Below are positions 1 to 9,995 of a stretch of 32,000 nt of DNA, in pieces. The first letter of the stretch is position 1. The number at the start of each line of letters is the position of its first letter. Source of the DNA: Fastidiosibacter lacustris (GTDB taxonomy: Bacteria; Pseudomonadota; Gammaproteobacteria; Francisellales; Francisellaceae); NCBI RefSeq assembly GCF_003428155.1, contig NZ_QLIR01000014.1:16533-48532 (forward strand), read 5' to 3'. The translations under genes were made by a program, and so were the position numbers. A model generated the notes under the pieces. That model was not told the DNA's origin, searched no databases, and saw only the letters and a program-made list of their open reading frames with translations.

Positions 1-2
1 CA

Positions 3-602
3 GTTGGTGGACATGGCTTACCAAAGGATATCATCGACATCAATGCAGAACCTGCTGAAAATCTAAAACGTTTAGCTGATTTTAAAGCTATCCCAATAGA
101 AGCCTTAGTAGTGTGTATTTTGGAGCGTCCAAGACATGAAGAAATCATTCGCAAAGTGCGTGAGGCAGGTGCGCGTATTGCACTTATTGGTGATGGCGAT
201 GTTTCGGCTGTTATAGCTACAGCACAAGAAGACAGTGGTATTGATATGTATATGGGTGTAGGTGGCGCGCCTGAAGGGGTGTTAGCTGCTGCTGCCTTAC
301 GTTGTCTAGGTGGACAAATGCAGGGGAGATTAATTTTCAGAAATGATGATGAAAAAGCGCGTGCTAAAAAATGGGGCATTGCGGATCTGAATAAAATCTA
401 TCATTTAACCGACCTTGCTTCTGGTAATGTGCTTTTTGCAGCCACGGGTGTGACTGATGGTCAAATGTTAAAAGGTGTAAAACGCAAGGGTCAAATCGCA
501 AAAACACATAGTTTGGTCATGCGCTCTGTTTCTGGTACGATTCGACATATTGAAGCGGAACATAACTTCAACTTTAAAAAAGGTTTTGAATATTTAGGTT
601 GA
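3..602 (+). CDS. glpX: Fructose-1,6-bisphosphatase class II (GlpX), C-terminal part; gene starts before the window
   Basis: The reading frame of ORF 111..602 is open back to position 3 (VGGHGLPKDIIDINAEPAENLKRLADFKAIPIEALVVCILERPRHEEII...); IGDGDVSAVIAT and GVGGAPEGVLAAAALRCLGG are typical GlpX motifs. Confidence 0.93.
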   Translation, partial: VGGHGLPKDIIDINAEPAENLKRLADFKAIPIEALVVCILERPRHEEIIRKVREAGARIALIGDGDVSAVIATAQEDSGIDMYMGVGGAPEGVLAAAALRCLGGQMQGRLIFRNDDEKARAKKWGIADLNKIYHLTDLASGNVLFAATGVTDGQMLKGVKRKGQIAKTHSLVMRSVSGTIRHIEAEHNFNFKKGFEYLG

Positions 603-613
603 GTCATAACAAT

Positions 614-1486
614 ATGCTGTCCTATCAACAACTTGCCATATTTACTGCGATTGCCGAGCATGGCAGTATCACTAAAGCATCAGAAGCGCTCAATTTAACA
701 CAGCCTGCATTAAGTAGTGCTTTGTCAGGATTAGAAGCGAAATTAGGCGTGAAACTTTTTGATCGTGTTGATCGTAAAATTGTACTTAACCATAATGGGG
801 AGCGTCTTTATCCTCAAGCTGTTAAGCTTTTGGAAGAGGTAGCTAAAGTCCAAAGTTTTTTCTCTCATAACCAAGCGCTTTGTGGTAAGATCCGCATTGC
901 TGCAAGCAACACCATTGGCAACTATGTTTTACCACCGCGTATGGCGAGTTTTAAAACCAAATACCCAAATGTGCAATTGATACTAACTATCTCTAATAGT
1001 GAGCAAGTTATTGAGCAAGTGATCCAGCATCAAGTTGAAATTGGATTCATAGAGACAAATTGTCTAAATAACCAAATCAACTCTTTCCCTTTTGCCCAGG
1101 ATGAACTGGTTTTATTTGTGTCAAAACAACACCCATTAGTAGGTAAGAACAATGTGAGCATAATGGACTTAAAAGACTATCCATTTATTTTGCGTGAACG
1201 TGGCTCAGGCACAAGAGGCATTCTAGAGCAAAACTTCTTACCTTTAATGAACTATCAACTCAATATTTTTTTAGAACTTGGCAGTAGTGCAGCAGTATGC
1301 TTAGCGGTTAAGAATAGCCAAGCTATCGGTTGTATTTCACGTCATGCCTTAGTCGATCAACCTGAGTGTGTTATTTTAACATGTGATATGTTTGAGTTGA
1401 AACGTGATTTTCTTGTTGTTCAAAACAAGCGCACACATATTTCAGAGCTTACCGAAGAATGGTTGGACTGGGTTATTAATAAGTAA
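614..1486 (+). CDS. LysR-family transcriptional regulator, YeiE-like
   Basis: N-terminal LysR HTH (ITKASEALNLTQPALSSALSGLEAKLGVKLFDR); effector domain IRIAASNTIGNYVLPP...RERGSGTRGILEQ resembles YeiE. The ORF track starts at TTG 599; ATG 614 is the more likely start. Confidence 0.88.
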   Translation: MLSYQQLAIFTAIAEHGSITKASEALNLTQPALSSALSGLEAKLGVKLFDRVDRKIVLNHNGERLYPQAVKLLEEVAKVQSFFSHNQALCGKIRIAASNTIGNYVLPPRMASFKTKYPNVQLILTISNSEQVIEQVIQHQVEIGFIETNCLNNQINSFPFAQDELVLFVSKQHPLVGKNNVSIMDLKDYPFILRERGSGTRGILEQNFLPLMNYQLNIFLELGSSAAVCLAVKNSQAIGCISRHALVDQPECVILTCDMFELKRDFLVVQNKRTHISELTEEWLDWVINK

Positions 1487-1575
1487 AATTAATGTGTCCA
1501 ATAACTTTTAAAAAATTTAATTTATTTTTATTGTCAAATATACTATCAGTATATTAAATTGCTTAAAGGTGTATT

Positions 1576-2580
1576 ATGAGACAACGTATTAAAACAATTT
1601 TAGAAAATACGCCAACTCCGATGGCAGGTTTGGCATTGGGTATATCAGGCTTAGGTTGGAGTGCTGAAAATGCACTTTCTACTCATCATACTTTGCAGAT
1701 TACAAGCGCGGGAATAGCATTAATATTGATCCTAGTCGTAGCCAGTAAATTTATGCTCTGGCCACAAAAACTGCTTACTGACCTATCTCATCCTGTTATT
1801 GGTAGCGTTGTCCCTACATTTGCGATGACACTTATGATTATTTCTAATAGTATCGAATATTTCAATCATATTCTAGCTGAAATTGTATGGCTTATTGCAG
1901 TGATCATTCATTTGTTATTCTTAGCTACTTTTATCTTTCACAGAGCGAAAGTCTTTGAATTACATCACATGGTACCGTCATGGTTTGTACCACCAGTTGG
2001 GATTATTGTTGCTGACGTTGCTTTTCCAGGTGGGGTATTACAGCCATTGGCAATCACTTTGCTTTATTTCGGACTTGTTTGTTATGCAATTTTACTACCT
2101 GTAATGCTTTATCGCATTATTTTTTGTCATGAGATACCTGATGCGTCTAAACCAACTATTGCAATTTTTGCTGCACCTGCAAGTTTATCTTTAGCAGGTT
2201 ACTTGACTGTTATCGAAGATCCTTCGCCAAATGTTGTTATCCTCCTTGTTGGTATTGCAATTCTCATGACTGCTTTAATTTACATTGCATTTATTAAACT
2301 CATGACGCTTCCTTTTAGCCCAGGCTTTTCAGCATTTACGTTCCCAATGGCCATTGGCTCAACAGCTTTATTTAAAACAGCACATTGGGCAGAAACCGTT
2401 ATACATCTTCCACCAGAATACGTTGCCCAAATATATTACCTTGCTGTATTTGAGCTTATTATCGCCACACTTGTTATTGGGTTTGTTGCCCAGCAATATT
2501 TGTATCACTTAGTGTTGAAAAAATTCAATATAGGTGCTGTAAACAAGGTGAGTGGGATGAAAAAGAAGATTAACGCTTAG
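1576..2580 (+). CDS. TDT family transporter (TehA/SLAC1/Ssu1-like)
   Basis: Ten or so hydrophobic helices; TPMAGLALGISGLGW N-terminus and overall SLAC1/TehA-like pattern. Confidence 0.75.
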   Translation: MRQRIKTILENTPTPMAGLALGISGLGWSAENALSTHHTLQITSAGIALILILVVASKFMLWPQKLLTDLSHPVIGSVVPTFAMTLMIISNSIEYFNHILAEIVWLIAVIIHLLFLATFIFHRAKVFELHHMVPSWFVPPVGIIVADVAFPGGVLQPLAITLLYFGLVCYAILLPVMLYRIIFCHEIPDASKPTIAIFAAPASLSLAGYLTVIEDPSPNVVILLVGIAILMTALIYIAFIKLMTLPFSPGFSAFTFPMAIGSTALFKTAHWAETVIHLPPEYVAQIYYLAVFELIIATLVIGFVAQQYLYHLVLKKFNIGAVNKVSGMKKKINA

Positions 2581-2616
2581 TTGCTAAAAAACTAAACGAT
2601 TTTGATTTTATGTTAT

Positions 2617-3378
2617 TTACTGATATGCTGATATAACTGCTGTTTGGTTGAGTTTAAATCCTGATGGATTAGTTATTATTTTATAATCTCCAGCTACTAC
2701 TCCATCTGCTGCTATTGAAGTGATTTCGCCTAAATCTGCTAAAACTTTACCAATGGTTGCAATTGTAAAAGCTCCATATTCTGATTGTAATACTAAGCCA
2801 TAGTTATTGACTGAATAGATGCGATAACGATTTGTAACTTTATCTTCATTTGTCGCTACTACTGTCTGTGGTTGTGGTAATTTTGCATTTATTACCGGAG
2901 CGCTACTAGAGATATGCTTAAGCTTAGCATCAATTTGCTTCATAAGCTCATCACTGACTTTATCTAAGTTTTTTGTCTGCTTTTGGATTTCATCAAGCTT
3001 CATCTGTATTTGTTGTAATTGCGTTACCGCCTCAGTATTGCCATTTAGAATCATCTGCTGTAAATCAGCAATTTTAGCATCTGTTGATTTACGCACTTGC
3101 TTTGCTTCTGCGTGTATGATGTCAGAGAGTGTATTGCGAATCTCTCCTGCTTGATCCTCAATATGTGTTTGTAAAACCTGTTGGTGTGCTAGGATATCTT
3201 TTTGATTCTTAATGATAAATATTTCAAAAATCAAAACACATATCATTGCTCCAATGCAAATAAACACAAGTTTCTTTTGTTGGGTTATCGGTACTTTTTT
3301 TGGCTGTTCATCATATATGTTATTGGTTGAATGATTATCCTGTGGTTTTTTATTCCATATTTTAAATAAATTCTTCAT
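2617..3378 (-). CDS. Inner-membrane protein with single TM, coiled coil and small C-terminal periplasmic domain; weak IcmG/DotF-like architecture
   Basis: Cytosolic N-terminus, TM LVFICIGAMICVLIFEIFII, long coiled coil, C-terminal beta-rich segment YRIYSVNNYGLVLQSEYGAFTIATIGKVLADLGEITSI. Confidence 0.5.
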   Translation of the reverse strand: MKNLFKIWNKKPQDNHSTNNIYDEQPKKVPITQQKKLVFICIGAMICVLIFEIFIIKNQKDILAHQQVLQTHIEDQAGEIRNTLSDIIHAEAKQVRKSTDAKIADLQQMILNGNTEAVTQLQQIQMKLDEIQKQTKNLDKVSDELMKQIDAKLKHISSSAPVINAKLPQPQTVVATNEDKVTNRYRIYSVNNYGLVLQSEYGAFTIATIGKVLADLGEITSIAADGVVAGDYKIITNPSGFKLNQTAVISAYQ

Positions 3379-3545
3379 AGCATTAACGCGATTTTGTTTT
3401 GCAATTGATGTGCTAAGTATATATCACTCACAAACCATTTTGCAGTATTTCTTGTTCTGCCTAGTAATTAATAGTGATTTCTTATTTTTCTTGTTTATAC
3501 TTTTAAGTTCCATGATTTGGAGAAAAACAACACAAGGATAATGAT

Positions 3546-4064
3546 ATGCCAAAATATAACGTTCTTATTCGATTACTGCATACACTTGTTGCGCTAGGAG
3601 TGATTTTACAAGTTATCGTTGGCTTTTTCTTTGATGATATGTTCAGTAAGCTTAACCCTGCATTTTTCATGACCATCCATAAATCTATAGGTTTAAGTTT
3701 ATTCTTACTTATTGTGTTTTTAATCATTACGCGTATATTTTCCAATAAAATTCCCTATCCCAAAGAAATGCCCGTCATCCAGCGGATGCTTGCTAAATTG
3801 GTGCACTGGGGATTGTATTTGTGTATATTACTCATGTCATTGTCAGGTTTTATAGCATCACAACTCTTTCATAGCAAATGGCAATATTTTTATTGGTTTG
3901 ATATCCCCAATTTCTTACCGAAAAATCCTGGGCTTGGACGTGAGATTTTTAGCTGGCACCCTTTTATTGCTATGATTTTATTGGTGCTTGTCATTTTGCA
4001 CATATTAGCTGCACTTTCCCATCAGTTTATTGCTAAAGATAAAATCATGCAAAAAATGTTTTAA
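3546..4064 (+). CDS. Cytochrome b561 family protein
   Basis: Four-helix membrane protein; N-terminal YNVLIRLLHTLVALGVILQ and conserved histidines including HWGLYLCILLMSLSGFIASQ and HILAALSHQFIAKD. Confidence 0.85.
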   Translation: MPKYNVLIRLLHTLVALGVILQVIVGFFFDDMFSKLNPAFFMTIHKSIGLSLFLLIVFLIITRIFSNKIPYPKEMPVIQRMLAKLVHWGLYLCILLMSLSGFIASQLFHSKWQYFYWFDIPNFLPKNPGLGREIFSWHPFIAMILLVLVILHILAALSHQFIAKDKIMQKMF

Positions 4065-4627
4065 TCTCTTAAAACCTCGTTGCTAATAAGGTTGATAACG
4101 CGTGAAGGTTTTGCTGCAATAAAATTTTGTTGTGGATGAATATAATCTAGCTGATCACCAAAATAATGTTGTACCTTATCATAGGAAGTGGCAGGCGGTT
4201 GATTGGATAGATTTGCGCTTGTTGAGATAATCGCGCATCCTAGTGTTATTGTTAGCTCCTTAAGTAGTGGATGATCTGTTAAACGTACCGCAATCGTACC
4301 AAAATCACCAGTTAACCAACGGTATTCATGTTTCACTGGTACTACCCATGTCGTTGGTTTATCTTGTCTTTGACTGAGTATTTCTAGCTGTTTTTCATTG
4401 AGCTTTTCGGTATCTATTAACGCTAATAAATGTGAAATGTCACCAGATAATACAATAAATCCTTTCTTTAAATCGCGCTGTTTCAACGCTATAACTTTTT
4501 CAACAGCCGCTTTTTGAATAATACAACTTAAGCCATAAACAGATTCTGTTGGTAATCCTAACACTTTACCATTTTTAAGCATTACGGCTATCTGTGCTAG
4601 GGTTTTATAAAATTTTTCAGTGCCCAT
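4061..4627 (-). CDS. tsaC: L-threonylcarbamoyladenylate synthase (TsaC/YrdC/Sua5)
   Basis: GLPTESVYGLSC, KQRDLKKGFIVL, TIAVRLTDHPLLKEL and ISTSANLSNQPP motifs. ATG at 4627 fits the family better than the track start at 4798. Confidence 0.9.
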   Translation of the reverse strand: MGTEKFYKTLAQIAVMLKNGKVLGLPTESVYGLSCIIQKAAVEKVIALKQRDLKKGFIVLSGDISHLLALIDTEKLNEKQLEILSQRQDKPTTWVVPVKHEYRWLTGDFGTIAVRLTDHPLLKELTITLGCAIISTSANLSNQPPATSYDKVQHYFGDQLDYIHPQQNFIAAKPSRVINLISNEVLRD

Positions 4628-4841
4628 GTGTTTTTTCCAAATTTGCCATTTAGGTTCATCAATGCTAACGTTGATTATTCTGATAATCAATATACAGATA
4701 AAATCTAGAGTAAAGGGTGTGGGTCTAGCAGGCAATAGATAAGGTCTTGGCAATGACAAGACGCATTTTTTAAAATTTATTCTTGCAATTTTTAGCATCA
4801 GCTCAATCTATTGCCAATACGTTTTTTAACCCAAACGCTAA

Positions 4842-5411
4842 GTGGGGAATTGTTTTATGTTGGAAATGAAGGGCACAACAATTTTGTGTGTGCGCAGAGG
4901 CGACGAAGTTGTTGTTGGTGGAGATGGTCAGGCGACATTAGGTAACACAGTTGCTAAGGATAACATTATTAAAGTGAGAAGGCTAAGTAATGGTAAAGTA
5001 CTAACAGGTTTTGCTGGATCGACAGCAGATGCGTTTACCCTATTTGAAAAATTTGAACAGAAATTGGATTTTTATCAAGGCAATCTTGAACGAGCGTCGG
5101 TTGAAATGGTACGTGAATGGCGTTTGGATAGAATGATGAGTAAACTTGAGGCAATGATTATTGTCGCAGATGAAACAAAATCTTTACTGATCTCTGGTTC
5201 AGGAGACGTAATGGCTGCTGATGACAAAGGTATTTTGTCTATTGGTTCTGGTGCAGCATTTGCTAAAGCTGCAGCACATGCACTTGTTGATAATACAGAT
5301 TTACCAGCTTACGAAATTGTGAAAAAGAGTTTAAATATTGCAGCAGATATTTGTATTTATACCAATCATAATTTAACAATTGAAAAATTGCCTAATAAAG
5401 CAAAAACATAG
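4842..5411 (+). CDS. hslV: ATP-dependent protease subunit HslV
   Basis: [37 protein letters not shown] and [14 protein letters not shown]; immediately upstream of hslU. True start may be an internal ATG ([10 protein letters not shown] or MKGTTIL). Confidence 0.96.
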   Translation: MGNCFMLEMKGTTILCVRRGDEVVVGGDGQATLGNTVAKDNIIKVRRLSNGKVLTGFAGSTADAFTLFEKFEQKLDFYQGNLERASVEMVREWRLDRMMSKLEAMIIVADETKSLLISGSGDVMAADDKGILSIGSGAAFAKAAAHALVDNTDLPAYEIVKKSLNIAADICIYTNHNLTIEKLPNKAKT

Positions 5412-5439
5412 TAATTTAAATTTTTAGAGGATAGAAGTT

Positions 5440-6789
5440 ATGTCGCAAATGACTCCAAAAGAAATTGTGAGTGAATTAGATCGATTTATTATCGGTCAAA
5501 AAGAGGCTAAGAAAGCAGTTGCCATTGCGCTTAGAAATCGTTGGCGCAGAATGCAGTTAGAAGAAGGGATGCGCCAAGAAGTGACACCCAAAAACATTTT
5601 AATGATTGGACCTACAGGGGTTGGGAAAACAGAAATTGCACGGCGCTTAGCAAGGCTTGCTAATGCTCCATTTATCAAAATTGAGGCGACAAAGTTTACT
5701 GAAGTAGGTTATGTTGGGAAAGACGTTGATTCTATTATACGGGATTTAGCAGATATTGCTATCAAGATGCTTCGTGAGCAAGAAAAAGCAAAAGTGGCGG
5801 TAAGAGCAGAAGAGCTTGCACGAGAGCGAATTTTGGATGCGCTATTGCCATCAGCAAGAGAAAGTAAAGTTGGCTTTGCCAACGAGCCAGTGGAAAGTGA
5901 TAAAAAAATTGAAAGCACTACAAGGCAGCTGTTTAGAAAAAAGCTAGAAGCAGGTGAGTTGAATGATAAAGAAATAGAAATAGAAATTGCAACACCTACA
6001 ATTGGTATGGAAATCATGGGACCTCCTGGCATGGAGGATATGACAAATCAACTACAAAGTATTTTTTCATCTATGGGAGGTGATCGTAAAACACGCAGGA
6101 AAGTCAAGGTTAAAGATGCGCTTAAATTATTGCAAGATGAAGAAGCTAGTAAGCTTGTTAATGAAGATGATGTTAAGCTTAAAGCGATTGAGGCTGTCGA
6201 GCAAAATGGTATTGTCTTTATTGATGAAATTGATAAAGTGTGTAGAAGATCAGATCAACGAGGTGCGGATGTTTCTCGTGAAGGTGTGCAGCGAGATTTA
6301 TTACCACTGGTTGAAGGTTCAACGGTGTCAACAAAATATGGTATGATTAAGACAGACCATATTCTGTTTATTGGTTCGGGTGCCTTTCATGTTGCAAAAC
6401 CTTCTGACTTGATTCCTGAATTACAAGGTCGGTTACCGATTCGTGTTGAGTTACGGTCATTAGAGGTTGAAGATTTTTTCCGAATCTTAACGGAGCCTGA
6501 TTATTCATTGATTAAACAGTACATTGCGCTGTTAGCCACAGAAGGAGTTGAAGTGAGATTTGAGCAAGAAGCAATTGCGCGTATTGCTGAGATTTCCTAT
6601 CGCGTCAATGAGGAGATAGAAAATATAGGAGCTAGACGCTTACATACTGTGCTTGAGCGTTTATTAGAAGAGATTTCGTTTGATGCTTCTGACCGTATGG
6701 AAAAAAATTTTGAGATTAACGCTAGTTATGTAGATGAGAAGCTTGGGGATCTGGTAAAAGATCGGGATTTAAGTCAATATATTTTGTAA
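5440..6789 (+). CDS. hslU: ATP-dependent protease ATPase subunit HslU
   Basis: [34 protein letters not shown], Walker [16 protein letters not shown], Walker [12 protein letters not shown]. Confidence 0.98.
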   Translation: MSQMTPKEIVSELDRFIIGQKEAKKAVAIALRNRWRRMQLEEGMRQEVTPKNILMIGPTGVGKTEIARRLARLANAPFIKIEATKFTEVGYVGKDVDSIIRDLADIAIKMLREQEKAKVAVRAEELARERILDALLPSARESKVGFANEPVESDKKIESTTRQLFRKKLEAGELNDKEIEIEIATPTIGMEIMGPPGMEDMTNQLQSIFSSMGGDRKTRRKVKVKDALKLLQDEEASKLVNEDDVKLKAIEAVEQNGIVFIDEIDKVCRRSDQRGADVSREGVQRDLLPLVEGSTVSTKYGMIKTDHILFIGSGAFHVAKPSDLIPELQGRLPIRVELRSLEVEDFFRILTEPDYSLIKQYIALLATEGVEVRFEQEAIARIAEISYRVNEEIENIGARRLHTVLERLLEEISFDASDRMEKNFEINASYVDEKLGDLVKDRDLSQYIL

Positions 6790-6805
6790 AGTTACGTTGT
6801 GCCAA

Positions 6806-7312
6806 TTACATAGTGGTGTTGTTATTAGTTTTTTCCCACACTTCAAAGTCAAAACTGCATTCATTTTTATCATCTTGTAGATAATGGCGTTGACCAATAC
6901 GCTTAAAGAGCTTTTCATCCCATTGTGGAAAAAAAGTATCGGCTTTTTTTATGGTGTTGACTTTAGTAATATACAGTCTATCGACATACGGTAAGAAAGC
7001 TTGGTAAATTTCAGCACCGCCAATAATAAAAATTTCATACTGTGGTTTTTCGCGTACTAAATTCAGAAGATCATGGATGTCATGTATCACAGTACAGTTC
7101 TCTTGAGTATATTTTTTTTGCCGAGTGAGAATAATATTTTTGCGGTTGGGAAGTGCATGACCAATTGAATCAAAGGTTTTGCGTCCCATGACGATATAAT
7201 TGTTTTGAGTGAGGACTTTGAAATTCTTTAAGTCATCGGTCAACTTCCATGGCAAGCTGTTTTTAATGCCTATACCTTGGTTTTGATCATAGGCAACAAT
7301 AATAGATAGCAT
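6806..7312 (-). CDS. folA: Dihydrofolate reductase
   Basis: MLSIIVAYDQNQGIGIKNSLPWKLTDDLKNFK...NYIVMGRKTFDSIG...IFIIGGAEIY. Confidence 0.96.
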   Translation of the reverse strand: MLSIIVAYDQNQGIGIKNSLPWKLTDDLKNFKVLTQNNYIVMGRKTFDSIGHALPNRKNIILTRQKKYTQENCTVIHDIHDLLNLVREKPQYEIFIIGGAEIYQAFLPYVDRLYITKVNTIKKADTFFPQWDEKLFKRIGQRHYLQDDKNECSFDFEVWEKTNNNTTM

Positions 7313-7512
7313 GATGAGCTAAACTCCCTAAGAATGTAAGAATTAAAGTTGGGTTATTGTAACGAATTTTAGTGGAAGAAGAAAAATTTTTGCACTTAAA
7401 ATAGTCATAAAAACCTTTGATTTTCAGGTTTTTATGACTTTATAGACATAAAATAAATTATTCAAAAAAGTGCTTGACCGAGTTTGGGAAATCCGTTTTA
7501 ATATGCGTCATT

Positions 7513-7588
<76 letters not shown>

Positions 7589-7599
7589 TTATCGATATT

Positions 7600-7676
<77 letters not shown>

Positions 7677-7709
7677 TAGATTGGATACCGTCAATGGTGG
7701 AGAGAAAAT

Positions 7710-7786
7710 GCGCCCGTAGCTCATCTGGATAGAGCATCGGCCTTCTAAGCCGAGGGTAGCAGGTTCGAATCCTGCCGGGCGTACCA
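7710..7786 (+). tRNA. tRNA-Arg(TCT)
   Basis: 77 nt with CCA; GCGCCCG/CGGGCGT acceptor; anticodon loop ctTCTaa. Confidence 0.96.
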
Positions 7787-7800
7787 TGAAAAGAGTTTAT

Positions 7801-7877
7801 GGTGGACGTAGCTCAGTTGGTAGAGCCCCGGATTGTGATTCCGGTTGTCGTGGGTTCAAGTCCCATCGTTCACCCCA
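7801..7877 (+). tRNA. tRNA-His(GTG)
   Basis: G-1 followed by GTGGACG/CGTTCAC acceptor and CCA; anticodon loop ttGTGat. Confidence 0.96.
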
Positions 7878-7882
7878 GATAT

Positions 7883-7965
7883 GCGGACGTGGCGAAATTG
7901 GTAGACGCACTGGATTTAGGTTCCAGCGGGTGACCGTGGGAGTTCGAGTCTCCCCGTCCGCACCA
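7883..7965 (+). tRNA. tRNA-Leu(TAG); likely integration site of the adjacent element
   Basis: 83 nt class II tRNA with CCA; GCGGACG/CGTCCGC acceptor; anticodon loop ttTAGgt. Confidence 0.97.
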
Positions 7966-8129
7966 AATAATCATCTTATAACGTTTCAAATCATCTTAAT
8001 ACTAACCTTAAACCCTTACTTTACAAGGCTTTTCGATTTCATGACGTTTTATAACGTCTTATAGTGACTTACTTTTAATTGTCCCCTGTAGTGTCCCCTG
8101 TGCTATAATTTATCAATAAAAATTTCCAA

Positions 8130-9413
8130 ATGTTGGATTTGGGGACACTTATGCAGCTGAATGATAGTAAAATAAAGGGTTTGAAGTATACAGGGAAAGA
8201 AAAGCTTTACAGCGATGGTAGAGGTAGCATGCTATATCTTCGTGTAAGGGAGGTTTCAAAATCTTTTCTGTTTAAATACAAGCTTTCAGGAAAGACCTAT
8301 AAACTTAGTTTAGGGACTTACCCTGATTTGTCCTTAAAAAACGCAAGAGAAAAAGCAGCAGAGTACAGGGAGTTGCTATCTAATGGAGTTGACCCCAAAA
8401 CTTATAAAGACAAACAAAAAACAGAACATGACAAGACGCTTGAGCATATCGCTGCCTATTGGTTAGACGTCAAGAAGAATGAGTTTTCTGCCAGTCACTA
8501 CAAGCAAACCGTTAGCAGGCTAAACCGCTTTATTTTGCCAACCTTCGGTAAAAGGGATATTGACAAGATAGACGCGCCAGAAGTCGTTAGGTTTTTAAAA
8601 AATTTTGAAGTTGAAGGACACCTTGAGCAGCGAAATAAGGTTAAAAGTCATCTTAAGCAAATCTTTGCTTATGGCGTGGCTAGTGGTGTATGTTCTCATA
8701 ATCCAGTAGCAGGCATTAGCCCCGTTTTAAAAGTATCAAAAGGCAAAAACTATGCGGCAGTAACCAAGCCTGAGGATATAGCCAGTTTATTGCGTGATAT
8801 TGATAACTACCATGGCTTTTATACTACTGTTATGGCGTTAAAACTCGCCCCCTATGTGATGTTACGTCCAAGTGAATTGGCAAAGCTTGAATGGGAAGAA
8901 ATACACGAAGATGAAAAGCAAATACATATTAAGCCTGAGCGCATGAAAATGCGTAAAGCTCATATAGTACCTTTGTCTAAACAAGCATGGGCTATTATTG
9001 AGCAAATGAAAGCATACTCTAGTAAAGGTGTGCACGTATTTCCAAGTGCAAAGAATCCACAAAAACCTATTGATATAAACTCGCTTAGATTAGCATTAAG
9101 GGCAATGGGTTATAAATATTCATCGAATAGTGCGGAGCCAATGCGAGAAGGAGAGAAGCCAAAGCATGATACTCATGGTTTTAGACATATGGCAAGCACG
9201 CGACTTTATGAGATGGCAAGTATGTATGGTTTTCATGGGGATATGATAGAGTTGCAACTAGCGCATGCAGAATCCAATAAAGTAAAAGCAGCTTATAATC
9301 ATGCGCAATATATTAAAGAACGCACTAGAATGATGCAGATATGGGCGGATTACTTGGACAATCTAAGGGATGGTAAAAATGTGGTTAATCTATCTGATTT
9401 TAAAACTGGCTGA
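8130..9413 (+). CDS. Tyrosine-type site-specific integrase, P4-type (DUF4102 N-terminal domain)
   Basis: LYLRVREVSKSFLFKYKLSGKTYKLSLGTYPDLSLKNAREKAAEYRELLSNGVDP; catalytic region HDTHGFRHMASTRLYEM and ELQLAHAESNKVKAAYNHAQY. ATG 8151 is an alternative start. Confidence 0.96.
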   Translation: MLDLGTLMQLNDSKIKGLKYTGKEKLYSDGRGSMLYLRVREVSKSFLFKYKLSGKTYKLSLGTYPDLSLKNAREKAAEYRELLSNGVDPKTYKDKQKTEHDKTLEHIAAYWLDVKKNEFSASHYKQTVSRLNRFILPTFGKRDIDKIDAPEVVRFLKNFEVEGHLEQRNKVKSHLKQIFAYGVASGVCSHNPVAGISPVLKVSKGKNYAAVTKPEDIASLLRDIDNYHGFYTTVMALKLAPYVMLRPSELAKLEWEEIHEDEKQIHIKPERMKMRKAHIVPLSKQAWAIIEQMKAYSSKGVHVFPSAKNPQKPIDINSLRLALRAMGYKYSSNSAEPMREGEKPKHDTHGFRHMASTRLYEMASMYGFHGDMIELQLAHAESNKVKAAYNHAQYIKERTRMMQIWADYLDNLRDGKNVVNLSDFKTG

Positions 9414-9431
9414 GAATAATACTAAATTTAT

Positions 9432-9653
9432 ATGGCTTTATCAGTTAGATTATCAGATGAATTGGTGAAACAAGCGCAAAGTGTAAGCGCTGTTATGTAT
9501 CGCTCATGCGCAAAACAGATTGAGTACTGGGCAAGAATAGGGAAGATGGCAGAAGAGAATCCAGAACTAAGTTATGAATTTATTAGAGATACGTTAATTG
9601 CTAAGGCAGAATCTAATAATAATGATGTGAGCGATTATGAATTTGATAATTAA
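9432..9653 (+). CDS. ParD-like antitoxin family protein, orphan
   Basis: SVRLSDELVKQAQSVSAVMYRSCAKQIEYWARIGKMAEENPELSYEFIRDTLIAK matches the ParD-like antitoxin pattern; no partner toxin ORF adjacent. Confidence 0.75.
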   Translation: MALSVRLSDELVKQAQSVSAVMYRSCAKQIEYWARIGKMAEENPELSYEFIRDTLIAKAESNNNDVSDYEFDN

Positions 9654-9995
9654 ACAAACCAATAGCTTTAAAAAATCCATCAAAAAACTATCTAAACAAG
9701 ATAAATTTTAATTAGATGACGAAGACATATCTAAGTCATTAATACCGAATAGTTGACCGTGTAAACTGGTGTTATGGTTGACTACCCACACTTTTAAAAC
9801 TACACATTCCTAGATGGATTTGTATTAAAAATTTACAGCTAAACCAAGCAATATGTGCCTTACTCAGTTTAAGTTTATATCTAAATGTATCATAATATAT
9901 CATACCGCCTTAAGCAGTGCCTAGGCTCGCTACCGAATAGCTGACTTTCCACCAGCGTGGCACTGTTTAATTAAGTGGATGCTTAGGAAGGTGAA

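Noticed and set aside
5496-6346. ORFs 5496..5678 (-), 5709..6032 (-) and 6080..6346 (+) inside hslU
   Set aside because: Shadow ORFs in alternative frames of a strongly supported gene.
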